The notes under the pieces are model-generated. The model was not told the origin of the DNA and searched no databases. It saw only the letters and a program-made list of their open reading frames with translations. 4,748 bases of DNA from a virus (taxonomy: Duplodnaviria > Heunggongvirae > Uroviricota > Caudoviricetes). Shown here one piece after another: positions 4,618 through 4,748 of this stretch (the first letter of the stretch is position 1; each line of letters starts with the position of its first letter). The DNA lies in the IMG/VR virus record IMGVR_UViG_2582580933_000017, positions 1 through 4,748 of that record; one strand, given 5' to 3'. The position numbers and the translations under genes are program-made.

Positions 4618-4748
4618 TCAGCGGACGTAAATAGTGCCGCCGTTCTCTTTTTCCCATGCATCGCTACGTGCATAGCAAACATCGAGAAGTCTTCTTGCCG
4701 CTGTTTCCTCTAAACCCAATTCGACAACCAACTGCTCATGACGGCGGG
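4618..4748 (-). CDS. hypothetical protein, C-terminal fragment (gene begins beyond the right edge)
   Basis: Minus-strand frame open from the window edge for 42 codons (...RRHEQLVVELGLEETAARRLLDVCYARSDAWEKENGGTIYVR) to TGA at 4620..4618, just upstream of the terminator. No family recognised. Confidence 0.45.
   Translation of the reverse strand, partial: RRHEQLVVELGLEETAARRLLDVCYARSDAWEKENGGTIYVR

Noticed and set aside
4546-4700. Minus-strand reading frame of about 53 codons spanning the terminator hairpin and ending at 4531
   Set aside because: It runs through the terminator stem-loop and into the HAD Shine-Dalgarno, has no start signal, and is out of frame with the HAD gene; most likely non-coding. 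The ATG at 4558 is in this frame, not the HAD frame.
1-4748. CRISPR arrays, tRNA or rRNA genes, insertion-sequence inverted repeats, integrase or attachment sites
   Set aside because: Looked for regularly spaced direct repeats, cloverleaf-compatible segments and terminal inverted repeats; none found. The only repeats are the short gene-junction repeats reported above.

Overview
The window reads as one uninterrupted, co-directional gene array on the minus strand (transcribed from high to low coordinates): about 15 tightly packed, mostly small genes joined by stop/start overlaps (ATGA, GTGA, TAATG). I found no rRNA, tRNA, CRISPR array, integrase or transposase. Recognisable products are a PAPS-reductase-family PP-loop protein (2384..3262), an ASCH-domain protein resembling YqfB (3266..3844), a HAD-superfamily phosphatase (4039..4545), a PD-(D/E)xK nuclease-fold protein (96..611) and a coiled-coil protein that resembles the Ead/Ea22 family from memory (1147..1635). 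The rest are small hypothetical proteins. Three are below the ORF-track length cutoff and were found by reading the sequence: a 28-aa hydrophobic peptide (3854..3940), a 58-aa paralogue of the 613..801 gene (798..974) and a 58-aa Arg-tailed ORF (971..1147). There is a strong minus-strand intrinsic terminator (4564..4598) directly ahead of the HAD gene, and a plus-oriented hairpin with a T-tract (3968..3999) in the only real intergenic gap. The organisation fits an accessory early region of a temperate enterobacterial (lambdoid-type) prophage, but that is inference. The most interesting candidates are the PP-loop/ASCH/HAD/small-peptide block as a possible nucleic-acid modification or anti-defence module, and the small hydrophobic ORF with an oppositely oriented terminator as a possible type I toxin-antitoxin-like locus. 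All family assignments rest on motifs read by eye and on recall; no database search was run.
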